A stretch of 64,000 bases of DNA from Octopus sinensis (taxonomy: Eukaryota), in NCBI RefSeq assembly GCF_006345805.1, contig NC_043006.1:48050001-48114000 (forward strand). The letters are read 5' to 3'. Shown one piece after another: positions 40,551 to 53,127 of the stretch. The notes beneath the pieces were generated by a model. It made no database searches. It was not told the DNA's origin and saw nothing but the letters and a program-made list of their open reading frames with translations. The position numbers and the translations under genes are program-made. The stretch's first letter is position 1. Each line of letters begins with the position of its first letter.

Positions 40551-42424
40551 ATATATATATACATATATATATACATACATACACATATATATATATACAT
40601 ACATACATATATATATATATACATATATATATGTGTGTGGTGTGTGTGTGGTGTGTGTGTGTGTGTGGTGTGTGTGTGTGTGTGTGTGTTGCGTGTGTGT
40701 GCGTGTGTGTGTATCTATGTACCCACCACACACAAAGTTATATACATAAATATATTCCAACAGACTAGATATACTAAAAAAAGTTACATATACATCTGAA
40801 AGAAGCTCGTCGTATATATGTATTTATGTGTGTGTATGTCTAATTGTGTGGTGTGTGTGTGTGTGTGTGTATTTGTAAGGAAGTTTGTAAGTCTGATAAT
40901 GGTCAGGTTAGTTTTTCAAGTTCTGCAGTTAGTAAAATTTATTTCACCAAGTCGACTTATGCTCACTGGTTTATCTTAAGTGCTCTCTCGTTCGACCACA
41001 TTAAAAGCAGGGCAATTTTTAAATATATCTGTATAAGAATTTTGAAATTGTGTCTCATACGCCGGCAGATGCGGTATACACACACATATATGCATGCATG
41101 CATGTATACAGAGAATGATATAGTATATTCCGGTGGAGATACTTTTATAGGATTTGAGAGAGAGAGAGGTGGGAAGGGAAATATAGTTTGAGAGACGAAC
41201 AGACAATCAAAGAAAGGAATGAAGATTGGAGGAAATAATCAGGCGAATATAAAGGCTAATAAGAAACGCAAACAAAAACAGGGATTGTGAAGATGTTGAA
41301 TGAATCAATTCACATAGCGCAGCTGTCGTACTTCTCAAGGATTCTGCCTATATCCCGCATTAATAATGATAATTATTGGGATGGTAATGATAATAAAAAT
41401 CGCTTATTTAGGCTGCAAGCTGAGTGACGAATATATTTTGAATGCACTCCTTCATTTTCCTGGGATTGATGGCTTATAAAGTTATGTCGTATTTAAGATG
41501 TATCCGGCTGTGATCCAAATCCGCAACGAGAAGATTCTCCCACTTTCAATTGTCAGAAATTTCTCTGCTTGGTGACTATGACAGAACAAATTGTATGACG
41601 ATGAAGATTAGAAGAAATGAAGAGAGACATTATATTCTAGTCCATGCCTTTAGCAATTTCTGCAAGTGCCTCATGGAGAAGAATGTGGTTGTGGAGAGTA
41701 AGATGACTGGCCATTATGGTGAAGATGGCCCAAGTGATCGAGCCTTCATTCAGTATAAACTTGAAGGCTAGAAAATACGGATATAATAGTTAACGTACCT
41801 TTGTCACTAAGGGTGACACGAAAATTGCGAGTTGTCTTATTCACTCCAAGTAGCGGTCGCGTTCTGCTTTATCCATTTATTTTATTCATCATCTGCTGTT
41901 CGTCCTTATAACAAATAATAAAGCGTTAATAGATCAGTCAGCGAGTGGATAAAATTGTTAGTACCATAAATAAAGAGGAGAGTAGCTTCTTTCCTATTAC
42001 CTTTTTTTCTTTTATTTTACCTTTTCTGTTCGTATATCACTGAGAACGAATTTGTCTTAAAATACTTTCGGGAAGAAGATAAAATAAATACTATTTGAGC
42101 GCGGTGAAGATGAAATCGAATTCTCCTTCCCTTCAAATTGATGGCCCTGTGCCAATGTTAGTAAGCAATATAAAAGAAAATTAGAATTTTCTGAGTTCAC
42201 AAGCCGCTGATGTCAACAAGGTCATTTATCTTTGAGGGGGTCGATAAAATAAGCATCAGAAATGAGTCCTGCGGTCAACGTTCTAGACAAACCCTCCTGC
42301 CTTTGTAACTAGCAGAAGATCTATTGTAATTATTACTGTGCCTCCAAATACAGAAACTGACACTGAATTATATTTCATATACATACACACAAATACATAC
42401 ATATATACATACATGCATATATAT

Positions 42425-42542
<118 letters not shown>

Positions 42543-43441
42543 AATACTATATAATATATGCATATATACATGCATATATGTACATACCTACATATATATA
42601 TATATGCATATATGGGTACAGGACATCAAAAAAACGTTGAACACAATGAGAAAGGAAAACATAAGAACAAAAACATAGAAACGAACTTTTTCGAACAAGG
42701 AAAAAGAAACAAAAAGAGAAAAGAGACATACAACATAAAGAATATTCCCCTTCTTCAGTTGTCCCTGTTTCAACTAATCTACGTTTAGAAGGCAAGGACA
42801 AAACGCGACTTCATTGAAACAGTCCTTCCTGGAAAGCAAATTAAATAAAATTTGGGATTTTTGCGAAGGGTGAAAGTAGTAACAGAACAGGACAGTGAGA
42901 ACAAAACGGTAAAAACAATAAAAAACTAAAAACAGTAAAAGACGTAACAATGAGAACAAAACAGTAAAAACAAACAATGAGGGCTGTTTAGCCAAGACGA
43001 TGGAAATTTTTTTCGGAACGTTTAAGGAGACGAGCTTATGAAGAGACAGTATAAGCCCGTTTAGTCTTTGCGAAGGTAGTAGTCAGAAAGATGGATCCCC
43101 TCTCGTCACGTGTCAGCGACGAGAGAGTCGAGGAGGAGGAGTGAGAGAGAGGGAACGGTGAAGAGGAGAGGAGAAGAATAGGGATAGGTGGGAGAGAAAA
43201 CCAGAAAGGATGAAGACCAAGAGGCGGAGAGAGATAGACAGAGAAGAGATAGTAAAGTTAGAAGAGTGCGCATATATATATATATATATATACCAAAGAA
43301 ATCATTCAGATTCAGTTGAATTAAGTACGTAAGTTGAAGGACTAAGTTAGTCCGGTATTGTCCGCATAACTTGAAGTAAGGCGAATAATAAGCAAATAAG
43401 TACAATACTGGTACCTGGAAATACTTGTTACTTAATTGCTT

Positions 43442-43485
<44 letters not shown>

Positions 43486-43502
43486 TATAATATATATATA
43501 TA

Positions 43503-43865
43503 TAATTATAACAATAAGGGTTTGCAACAAGTTGCATGGCCACATACCGAAAACTTTAGAAATAGCAGACAAAAATATGTCTCCACAGACAACAATATTT
43601 GCAGCTCACATATGGCAAAAAAAAAAAAATGAAGAAAAATAATGAAATCAAACAGTCTTCGGTTAATTTTGGACGTACGTTTCTGGATTAGAATCATAAG
43701 ATTCATTTCCTTTATCAACATAATATTCCGGTAAATAAATCTAGAAATGCTAGGAAAACTTACCTCTTATATTTCCGACCAAGCGTCATCGGAACATATA
43801 AAAGGTAATCAGCATATCCACATTTATATAGACAAGTGAATTCGCATTTCCATCCAAAATTTTTT
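43503..43865 (-). mobile_element. Second copy of the 10228-10822 element family
   Basis: Colinear with the reverse complement of ~10420-10820 (TTGCAACAAGTTGC..CCACATACCGAAAA, TTTCTGGATTAGAA, ACATTTATATAGACAAG). Flanked by (TA)n. Confidence 0.75.
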
Positions 43866-43994
43866 CTATAACGGGAGTTACAAATAGTACTGCCGAAAAA
43901 ATCATCTGTAATGATTATATATATATGTATATATCTATATATATGTAATATTATATATATATATATAGATATATATATATATATATATCTATAT

Positions 43995-44029
<35 letters not shown>

Positions 44030-44110
44030 TTATTTATATTTTTAGATTAGATTTATTTTATATATACGTATATGTGTGTGAGTTTGTCTGTCCGTGTAGC
44101 AGACGGGTAT

Positions 44111-44159
44111 CCATCACTGAGGATGATCAAAATGAGATCGAAATCACCTGAGCTGGTGG
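44111..44159 (+). ncRNA. Hammerhead ribozyme-like fold (canonical core, defective cleavage triplet)
   Basis: CCATCA-CTGAGGA-T-GATC-AAAATGA-GATC-GAAA-TCACCTGAGC-TGGTGG. Stem I pairs CCAUCA/UGGUGG and stem II pairs GAUC/GAUC. Confidence 0.45.
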
Positions 44160-44459
44160 TCTCCGAACTGGAGTATTTGGGGATTTTCTCCCCGCTTGCA
44201 ATATGTATCGAGTGCGAACCCTACAGAATAAATAGCTGAAAGAGGAGTCCTACTGGGATTAAAAAACAGTATCGTTTGTTCTTATATAACACCCATGTTT
44301 AGGTAGCGATAGACATGTAATTTATTGATCTGTCAATATTTAGCTATAGAATTTGAGGAAGAATAGAAGAATTAGAAGTACTGGAGAATATAAGAATTCT
44401 GGGCAATGATGATGATGATGACGAGGAGGAAGTAGGAGGAGGAGGAGGAGGATAGTGAC

Positions 44460-46110
44460 GACGACGGAATGCTGGCAATTTAGGATTAAAAAATATGTTT
44501 GCAGTTAGGATGCCAATTTTGAAATATTAGCGGCAATCGCGGGAATGGTAAAGTGCTGTTAAGATGCAGATTATGAACTACGAGCAGTTGTGTTAATGAA
44601 GAAACGCCGGAACAAAACGAGACGATGATAAATTCCGGAAGTCACAGGAATAATAATGAGCAGTAGTCATGTTGCTTGTCAAATACGAGAAGTTGTTTAA
44701 TGATTGCAAAATATTGGTTATTATGTCATAGTGTTGATAGGGAAAATTGAGCAATATCGAAGATGATGCTGAAATGTTGGTTGATTGCAGGGACATTTCA
44801 TTACTATTTCTTTTGTCTTTATTGCCCACCAGGGGCTAAACAAACAAGAACAGACAAAGGGATTAAGTCGATTATTTCGACCCCAGTACGTAACTGGTAA
44901 TTTAATTTATCGACCCCGGAACGATGAAGGGCAAAGTCGACCTCGTCGGAATTTGAACTCAGAACGTAGCGGCAGACGAAATACCTATTTCTCTGCTACC
45001 CACAAGGGGCTAAACACAGAGAAGACAGACAAGGACAGACAAGGGGATTAAGTCGATTATATCGACGCCAGTGCGTAAGTGGCAATTAATTTATCGACCT
45101 CGAAAGGATGAAAGGCAAAGTCAACCTCGGCGGAATTTGAACTCAGAACGTAACGGCAGACGAAATACGGCTACGCATTTCACCCGGCGTACTAACGTTT
45201 CTGCCTGCTCGCCGCCTTTCATTACTATTTCTAACAGGCCGTGCACCATTATGAAGTCCTGTTTAGCACTATATTGGTCAGTACTATTATTGATGACGAT
45301 AAAATGTCGAACCGATGTCATCTTTGTATTTCGTCCCCCGAGGAAGTTAAAATAAGTACCAGTCAGTTTAATCCACCAAACACTTTCTGTGAAATTTAAA
45401 CGATTTCATCGACGAATCCTGCCCCCTGGAACTTAATGTATTTTGCTTATGTTAGTAATGCGATGATGGTGAAATATGGGCAGACATGCAGATTATAGTT
45501 AATGGCCGGCAATAATGGCTGCGATCGTGAAATTTTAGTAGCGATTACAATACTGACCTTGTAAGTGGTATTGGGATGTAATAGTAGTTGAATTAATACT
45601 AATAGTGACATTTGTAGCAATTACAACAGGGAAATGTTGGCATTAATAGTAATGGTAGTTGAATGCTCTCTCTTAATAATTTTGCTATTGAAATATCGAC
45701 AGTGATGCTAATGACTGTAAGAGGTTGGCAGACATAGTAATGATCGTGAAATGTTAGCAGTCATGTTATCTATGTTGAAATGTTGGCAATCATTGTGACG
45801 AGGATGAAATGTTGGCAGCAACAACTACGAAGGTGACATGATGTACTTTATAGTGATAAGTGTAAAATATTGGCAGATAAGGTGAGGGTTGTGTAATGAT
45901 ACTAGTCAGGATAACAATGGCGTATAAAAAAGCTAACAAATAATGGTTAATGACTGTGAACTATTTGGAATAAAAGAGGACGGTCGTAAAATGTTTGGTA
46001 GTACTAATAAAATAAAATTTTGGCAGTAATGGTATCGATTTTAAACTGTTGGCATTAATAGTGACAGATTCATTGGTGGTATTATTGTATTTAATATTGA
46101 CAGTGGTGCT
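44460..46110. repeat. Degenerate minisatellite with GAAATGTTGGCAG core, split by a SINE
   Basis: More than 15 variants of (G/A)AAAT(G/A)TT(G/A)GCAG recur at irregular ~30-60 bp spacing on both sides of the SINE at 44810-45218. Confidence 0.55.
44810..45218 (-). mobile_element. SINE family A, dimeric
   Basis: Head ends at 45216. Dimer junction at ~44985. Confidence 0.9.
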
Positions 46111-46748
46111 GAAATAGCGTCCATTTTCCTCTATTATTCTACGTATTAAATTTCAAATTTTTCAAAACTTATTTGGGAAAATTTAACAAAAGGATTTTTC
46201 AATATAAAATTTCTTTGTTTATTTTTTTCCTCCAATATCTCTAAAATTCTTCTAGTGGTTAATTACATTTCTTTGTCTTAAAGTTCAAAGAATCCACAAA
46301 AGTTTACCTTTTGGAACCATATATATTTTCCAGCAGTTCTAGATCTCAGAATATATATACGCCCTTTCTTTTGTCTTCAAATCGCTTTCCGACTTTCGAT
46401 GTACGTTTTTCTTCGGCTTGCTTACTTCTCCTTTGTGTGTTTTCTCACTCGGCTTCTTTTTTTTTCTTGTTCAAGCGATTATTGTTACTTCCGATGACAA
46501 AAAAGCCCCCGAACACACACAGACACCTACACAGGAACACAGACAATCAAGCATACACGTGCATGTATATATATATTGATATGGAAATAAAGGTGCGCGT
46601 ACATCTATGTATGTAGTTCTTTGTGTATATGTATACATCTGTATATGTTGTATGTTGCTAAATATATACGTATTTATACAGTACACACAGTATATATATA
46701 TATTATATATATTATCTATATAACATATATATATATATATATATACAT

Positions 46749-46836
<88 letters not shown>

Positions 46837-47136
46837 CATACGCATAGATATACACATATACGTATATATACACATGCATATATGTCTGTGTATTGTATTT
46901 ATGCATGTATGTATGTATATCGTTCTTATATTAAATTTTTGCTTTCTGCTATTGTTCCAATTTTGTTTCCATTTCTAAGTCTTCTTTATTAAGTTACATT
47001 CTAATTGTAAATATTTTTTAATTATTCATCAATTGATTTTGTGTATTTCTATTCATTTCATCATTGTCTTGTTGTTGACATCGCAAATTTATTGTCTCTT
47101 CCTGGGCATATCTATCTATCTATCTATCTATCTATC

Positions 47137-47197
<61 letters not shown>

Positions 47198-47214
47198 TTA
47201 TCTATCTATCTATT

Positions 47215-47256
<42 letters not shown>

Positions 47257-47281
47257 TAATAGATATAGAGAGAGAGAGAGA

Positions 47282-47312
<31 letters not shown>

Positions 47313-48031
47313 TCCGGAACAGAGCATATTTGAGTGGGAAAGTGTATTATTTGTGTGTCTAAGTGTGTGTCTAAGTGTATGTGTGTATGTGTGTTTTGCC
47401 TGTATGTGTCTGTGTGTTTTACTCAAATTCTCGCTAATTTTCATCTTTCTTTTTTTTCCTTTTGTTTTATTTGCTTATGTTCCTTTCCTATGTGTTGTAT
47501 CTCTCCTTCTCAGCGGTTATATTAGAAAATACCCTGACACAGAAACAGCCACGGGCATATATACAAGAAAGTAAACAATAAAAAATCTTTATATAAATAA
47601 AAAAAAAAACATTCATTTGAACATGTACAAATATACACATAAATTTACATATATGTAGCGCATATATATACATGTATATATATATAAATGTATTACTGTT
47701 ATTATTATTATATACGTACAAATACGCATGTGTGTATACTTTTATAGATGAATATCTATAAAATGTGTATATATATAGTCATAAAATACAGTGTACAATT
47801 AAACACGTAAGGAATTTAAACGTGGGATCCAACATGCTAGAAAGAACAGCTAGGTTCTATAACCACAAAATTAGGGATAAAATTCGACAGGAACGAAATG
47901 AAAAAATAGAAACGTTTTACCATTTAGTTTCCTGGACCAATTGGTTTCTGATTTTAGTTTAGCAAGTAAATAACATTTACCCGCTAGGTGAAATCGTCGT
48001 CAACATGTACACCTTGGGTTAAATATATAAA

Positions 48032-48545
48032 CACGAGGCGATCAAACTATGTGCCTCTTGTTTATATATCTACCATTCAGACTAGAGGCCCTCCTATTGC
48101 ACTCTATGATGCCAGTTCTCAGCCAGTTCCTTGATCCCACTCTCATACCAGTTGTTGTCCTAAATAAAGAAATTCTTCATTGAAGCTCGCATTTCTTCTT
48201 GGTTGATGAAACGTCGCAGGGAGTGAGCCATGGTATGAGCAATAGTCTAATAGACCTAGGACTGATTTTATGCTGGCTGTGCATCTGATTGTTTCTCTTA
48301 AATTTCTGAAATTTATTCTGGGTGGTTCGAACGGTTTATGGTCTTGTGTTGTCTTGCTGCAAAAGATCTCACATTCTGTTAACTAATGCCTGATATTTTT
48401 GCCGCATAATGGCATATATTTGCTTCGGCTGTTCGGAGTACAGGTTGGCCCTGATGGATCGACCGCCCAGAACCAACTCATAGAGAATTATCATCTCGTA
48501 ATTCCATCAAACGTAGAATATCACATTGTGACCAACATGTTCACG
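48032..48545 (-). mobile_element. Decayed mariner transposase 3' half with TIR
   Basis: Minus-strand remnants RSIRANLYSEQ, ALVNR..LLQQDNTRP and an ELAS-like C-terminus. TIR-like ACACGAGGCGATCAAACT at the left end. Confidence 0.7.
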
Positions 48546-48589
48546 TTTGGCGACAGGTTGCAGAAGCTTGCCCTTAACCATGTACGTTA

Positions 48590-48848
48590 TGATTGCAGAA
48601 GAATATCTCCATCGGATTATTACATGCTCCAATCCATGGCTCACTTGCTGCTCTCGAGATTCTTCGTTACCCGAGATATAGTGGAAGTTTCTGTGAAGTT
48701 CTTCGCCTCGAAGGACAAGAACTAGCAAAGAACCGACCGAAATCTGGCTTCAGACGGTCCAACACGATGACCTATAGTTTGAAAACTAAGCTACAGACAA
48801 AGCTAATAAGATACCAAAATATTGCTAAACTTTTGGTTCAACACAATA
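48590..48848 (+). mobile_element. Decayed mariner transposase C-terminus with TIR
   Basis: ISPSDYYMLQSMAHLL...VKFFASKDKN (YSPDLAPSDY-like motif), ending AACTTTTGGTTCAACACAATA|TA. Confidence 0.75.
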
Positions 48849-49571
48849 TATTTCCACACTTTGATTACAATAATTACATCATAACATCATTAGTGAACGT
48901 GTGTCAATTATTCCATTCCTTTTCTTTGTTTAATAGATCTATTTTTATTTTTATATCTTTCTCCGGCATCTGTCATTTTTTTCTCATTGTCTTATGGAGA
49001 GTTCCTTACTTATGCAGTTGGAGCATTTTTTCTCCAACACAATTCCTTTCACTTTTATCTCTTCTTCTTCATACGCACACTCGCACATACACATTTGGTT
49101 TTCATGCAAAATCATTCGTTTTATTCCAACGCCTTCAGCAGCTTCATTATTTATACTCTATTTGCCACGTCACTAATACTAATCTCTTTATGTCGTGTTC
49201 AGCATGTGTAACACAACACTAAACTCAGATCGGTTTGTTTTCAAAGCAGGTTTTCGTGATGCGAATATAAATGAGAATGACAGAAGATTACTCTCTATAA
49301 GCTTGTGTAACACCTTACTTAATAAGTCGTTTGTTTTATTGGTGAATAGCTGCCATCTACCTTCCTCATTTTTCTTTTATTTTCCTATTTGTTAATAACT
49401 GAGGGATTACAAATCGGTTTCATCAGGTCTGTTTGATAAGAGATTTTATTTTCAATCCGGTCAATTACTAGGTTTTATATATGCTTAAATATCGATTTCT
49501 TTCTATAAGACAAACGGAATGTAAGCTACCCAAACGATACGTAATATACCTATGTCTGCGTGTATGTATGC

Positions 49572-49606
<35 letters not shown>

Positions 49607-50004
49607 CTATTCGTGTACAGACTCACTTACGCACACAGACAATGTACAAAAGTGTATGATTGAAAATGAAGCCGATTTAGCATTTAGCCAACGAAATAAA
49701 TGTCAGCAATTTGTTCGATTGTAGATTTTGGTAAACAGAGATTTATAGCAGAGCAAATGGTCAAATCCGATATGATGTCGACTTAACAATAACGACATGG
49801 TTTTAAATTGTTACAAATAGTATATACGTAAAATGAATAACGTTTACCATTTAGTTGTAACGCTTTACGTTACGAGTTCAAATTCTGCCATAGCTGTTGA
49901 ACTTTTCATTTTCCACGCAATATTTACAACAAATATATGTTTTATTGTTGCTTTAAAGATATAAATAAATAATACAAGAAATTAATTAATAATGCCTGGA
50001 ATAG

Positions 50005-50180
50005 CAGCATTTCGTCCGTCTTTATGTTCTGAGTTCAAATTCTGCCAAGGTTGATTTTGCTATTCATCCCATTCGAGGTCGATAAATTAAGTACCAGTGG
50101 AACTGTAAAGTCGATGTAACCGACTTATCACCTCCCCTGAGGTTGCTGGAATTGTGCCAAAATTTAAAACCAATAATATC
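50005..50180 (+). mobile_element. SINE family A, 5'-truncated
   Basis: GTTCTGAGTTCAAATTC...AAGTACCAGTGG...GTCGATGTAACCGAC. Confidence 0.75.
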
Positions 50181-50381
50181 TCTGCTATGGAGAGGCTCTT
50201 CGGAGAGCTTGTCAGATTTTCTAGTCTGAAGCCTCCGTGTGATCTTTCACTATTAAAGTACTCTATAAACTCCACATAACTCTATATTGAGTCGGCATTT
50301 GAACTATTGCCTTCATACATTTATACTGGACATATTCTACACAAACATCCATCCATATATGTGTGTGTGTTTGTATTGTCC

Positions 50382-50419
<38 letters not shown>

Positions 50420-50420
<1 letters not shown>

Positions 50421-51355
50421 ATATAACGGGAAGCTTTATGAAAAAACAAAAGACGAAGGCAGGTGGAAAACAAACGAACAATTGTATTAGTATGGCGCTC
50501 AGGAATATAAATAAAACAAGTCTTTAACGTTTCGAGCCTACGCTCTTCAACAGAAAGATACACAGAGAGAGAAAAACACAGAAAGAAGGAGAGAAAAAAA
50601 ATGCGTGCAGTAGCTAACGAATCAACATGGCGATCTGATTTCGGCCAGAGGTCAAAGATCAAACATGAGACGCGAGAGCGAAATAAGGGGAGATAATAGG
50701 GTTGATAAAAGGGTTGAGGACCAGCTAAAAGTGCGTGGGAGGGGTCTGGATGTGTGTATATAGGGTTGGTGTATGTATTAGTATGTATAAGGGTGTGTGT
50801 GTGTGTGTGTGTGTGTATGAGAGAGTATTAGTGCGTAATTGGTCTGGACGTGCGTATGTATGGGGTTGGTGTATGTATTAGTATGTATTAGTATGTATTA
50901 GTACGTATTGGTATGTATAGGTGTGTGTGTGTGTGTGTGAGAGAGTATAAGTGCGTATGCGGGGTCTGGACGTGTGTATGTATAGGGTTGGTGTAAGTAT
51001 TAGTATGTACTAGTATGTATTAGTACGTATTAGTATGTATTAGTTGGTGTGTGTATTAGTATGGCACATCATATGTGATGTGATGTGTAAAGTCATGTGG
51101 TGTAGTGAGGAGAAGAGGGGGAGGGGGAGGGAGAGAGAAAGGGGAGGGGGAAAGGGGGAAGAGGAGAGATGGGGAGAAGGAAGGGGAGGAGGGGGATGAA
51201 GGAGGAAAAAGGGAGAGGGGGAGAGAGGGAGTGAGGGAGCAGAGGGAGGGGAAGAGGAGGGAGAAAGAGGGAAGAAGGGAAGGGGAGTAGGGGTGAAAGG
51301 ATGAAGGACTGAAGAAGTAGGGGTCGGGGGGAGAAAGGATAGGTGAGGAGGGGGG
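50420..51355 (-). repeat. PLE 3' pseudo-LTR
   Basis: Near-identical to 54875-55822. Contains a polypurine tract, (GTATGTATTA)n and a hammerhead. Confidence 0.9.
50521..50558 (-). ncRNA. Minimal type I hammerhead ribozyme, CUGUUGA core variant
   Basis: TCTTT-CTGTTGA-A-GAGC-GTAG-GCTC-GAAA-CG-TT-AAAGA. Stem I is UCUUU/AAAGA, stem II is a perfect 4 bp, and stem III is palindromic (ACGU). Confidence 0.65.
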
Positions 51356-51364
51356 AGAGGGGGG

Positions 51365-51619
51365 TTAGATGAGGAGGGGGGGGGAGTTGAGACCAAATGG
51401 CGTATAAGAGCGAAGAGAGAAGATTAATTCCTGTTCACGGCGCAAACGGGAATCCGGATGGCCTCTGTGTAAGGACAAACCGAACACAGATAGGTGTTGC
51501 AAGGAGTGACCGGTGGAGCGGAAATGGCGTGAGACCGGTGTGTCGTTCGCAAGGTGGATGTCACGAAGGTGTTCCGCGAACCGGTCAGCCAAGCGGCGTC
51601 CCGTTTGTCCGATGTACAA
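51365..51619 (-). CDS. GIY-YIG endonuclease domain of the PLE ORF (frameshift-separated segment)
   Basis: YIGQTGRRLADRFAEH...HF...R..REQELIFSL.S..PFGLN. Confidence 0.9.
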   Translation of the reverse strand: MYIGQTGRRLADRFAEHLRDIHLANDTPVSRHFRSTGHSLQHLSVFGLSLHRGHPDSRLRREQELIFSLRSYTPFGLNSPPLLI

Positions 51620-51864
51620 GGAATTGCAGAGAGAGCAAGAGATGCAATAGATAATATTGCTGGAGGTGCAGGTGAAGGAGTGGATGATGGGATAGGGTCG
51701 ATGGTGGGTGCTAGTGAGGCGGGTGGTGTTGGAGAGGTAAGGGCAAGTGCGGCAACGTGGGCGGGAGCAGGGGAACGAGCCGGGTTGGAGGTAGGGTCAG
51801 GGAAGGAGCTATGGACCAAAAGGTCTCGAAGGTTGTGGGCTCGTTTGAAAGAGGGGAGGGTCGG

Positions 51865-53127
51865 TTAGGGAAGAGGTGTGAAGTGGACGGGTCGGACTGG
51901 AGATGACGGAAAGCTCGAAGAATGGTGCGTTGGAGACGTAGGGTCGTGGGGTGGTAAGTGAGGGGAAAAGGGAGGCGGGAGACTACAGGCGGGTTCGGGA
52001 GAGAGAGCAGATACACGGTCCACGGACCGTGCTCTGGCAAGGGCGGTGTGGATAGTGGTGAGGGGGTATCCACGTAGGGTGAAGTGGTGAGCCATACGTT
52101 GAGACTGAGTCTCAAAGTCATGGTCGTCACTACAGAGCCTACGTAGACGGAGGAATTGGGAATAGGGGATGGAAAGCTTGGTGTGTTCTGGGTGGGAGGA
52201 AGAGAAGTTGAGGTATGAGTGTGAGTCTGTGTGTTTGTAGTGAATGGAGGTGGTAAGAGTGGAGTGAAGAATGCTAACCGAAATGTCGAGGAAGGAGACA
52301 GAGGTGTTGGAGATAGTGGAAGTGAAGTGGAGGGCTGGATGGAAAGATTGGACGAAAGAGAGGAAGGAATCTAGATGTTCGCGGGAGAGTGAGGTGGCAC
52401 CGATAATGTCGTCAATATAACGACCATATAGTTCAGGAGTGGGACCAGTGAAATTAGAGAATATTTGGGCCTCAACATAGCCAACGAACAGGTTCGCATA
52501 GTTGGGGCCCATTCGCGTTCCCATGGCCACTCCCGAGACCTGATGGTAGAACTCGCCCGCGAACGAGAAGCAGTTCAGAGTAAGGACAAGTTCGGCCAGA
52601 CGAATGAGTGTGGAGGTGTCAGGTACAGGGTTAGAGCGGAGGTCAAGAAAGTGTCGAAGGGCCTGCAGTCCTTCGTGGTGAGGGATAACAGTATAGAGGC
52701 TTTGGATGTCCATAGTAAAAAGGATTTTGGAGGAGCCGGGAGGAAAGGAGAAAGAGTTGAAAAGCCGGAGAGCATGGTTGGTATCGTGGATGTGGGAGGG
52801 AAGAGATGCCACTAGGGGGGCAAGGACACGGTCGAGGTATTTAGAGATGAGCTCCGTGGGGCAGTTACAGGCGGAGACGATGGGGCGGCCAGGGTTGTTG
52901 GGTTTGTGGATTTTGGGGAGGAAGTAAATGGTGGGGGTACGTGGGGTTCGCACAATTAGGTTGGATGCGGTGCGGGGGAGACGGGAGGACGAGATGAGGT
53001 CTTGGACAGTAGAGGATACCGTCTGTTGGTAGCTACGTGTGGGGTTAGAGGGCAGAGGGGAATAGAAGGAGGTGTCATTGAGTTGGCGGAAAGCCTCGGC
53101 CCTATAGAGGTCCGCGCGCCACACCAC
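51865..53127 (-). CDS. PLE reverse transcriptase domain (frameshift-separated segment)
   Basis: IYFLPKIHKPNNPGRPIVS, LFTMDIQSLYTVIPH, GVAMGTRMGPNYANLF, YGRYIDDI, FLDI and HPEHTK. Confidence 0.92.
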   Translation of the reverse strand: MVWRADLYRAEAFRQLNDTSFYSPLPSNPTRSYQQTVSSTVQDLISSSRLPRTASNLIVRTPRTPTIYFLPKIHKPNNPGRPIVSACNCPTELISKYLDRVLAPLVASLPSHIHDTNHALRLFNSFSFPPGSSKILFTMDIQSLYTVIPHHEGLQALRHFLDLRSNPVPDTSTLIRLAELVLTLNCFSFAGEFYHQVSGVAMGTRMGPNYANLFVGYVEAQIFSNFTGPTPELYGRYIDDIIGATSLSREHLDSFLSFVQSFHPALHFTSTISNTSVSFLDISVSILHSTLTTSIHYKHTDSHSYLNFSSSHPEHTKLSIPYSQFLRLRRLCSDDHDFETQSQRMAHHFTLRGYPLTTIHTALARARSVDRVSALSPEPACSLPPPFSPHLPPHDPTSPTHHSSSFPSSPVRPVHFTPLP

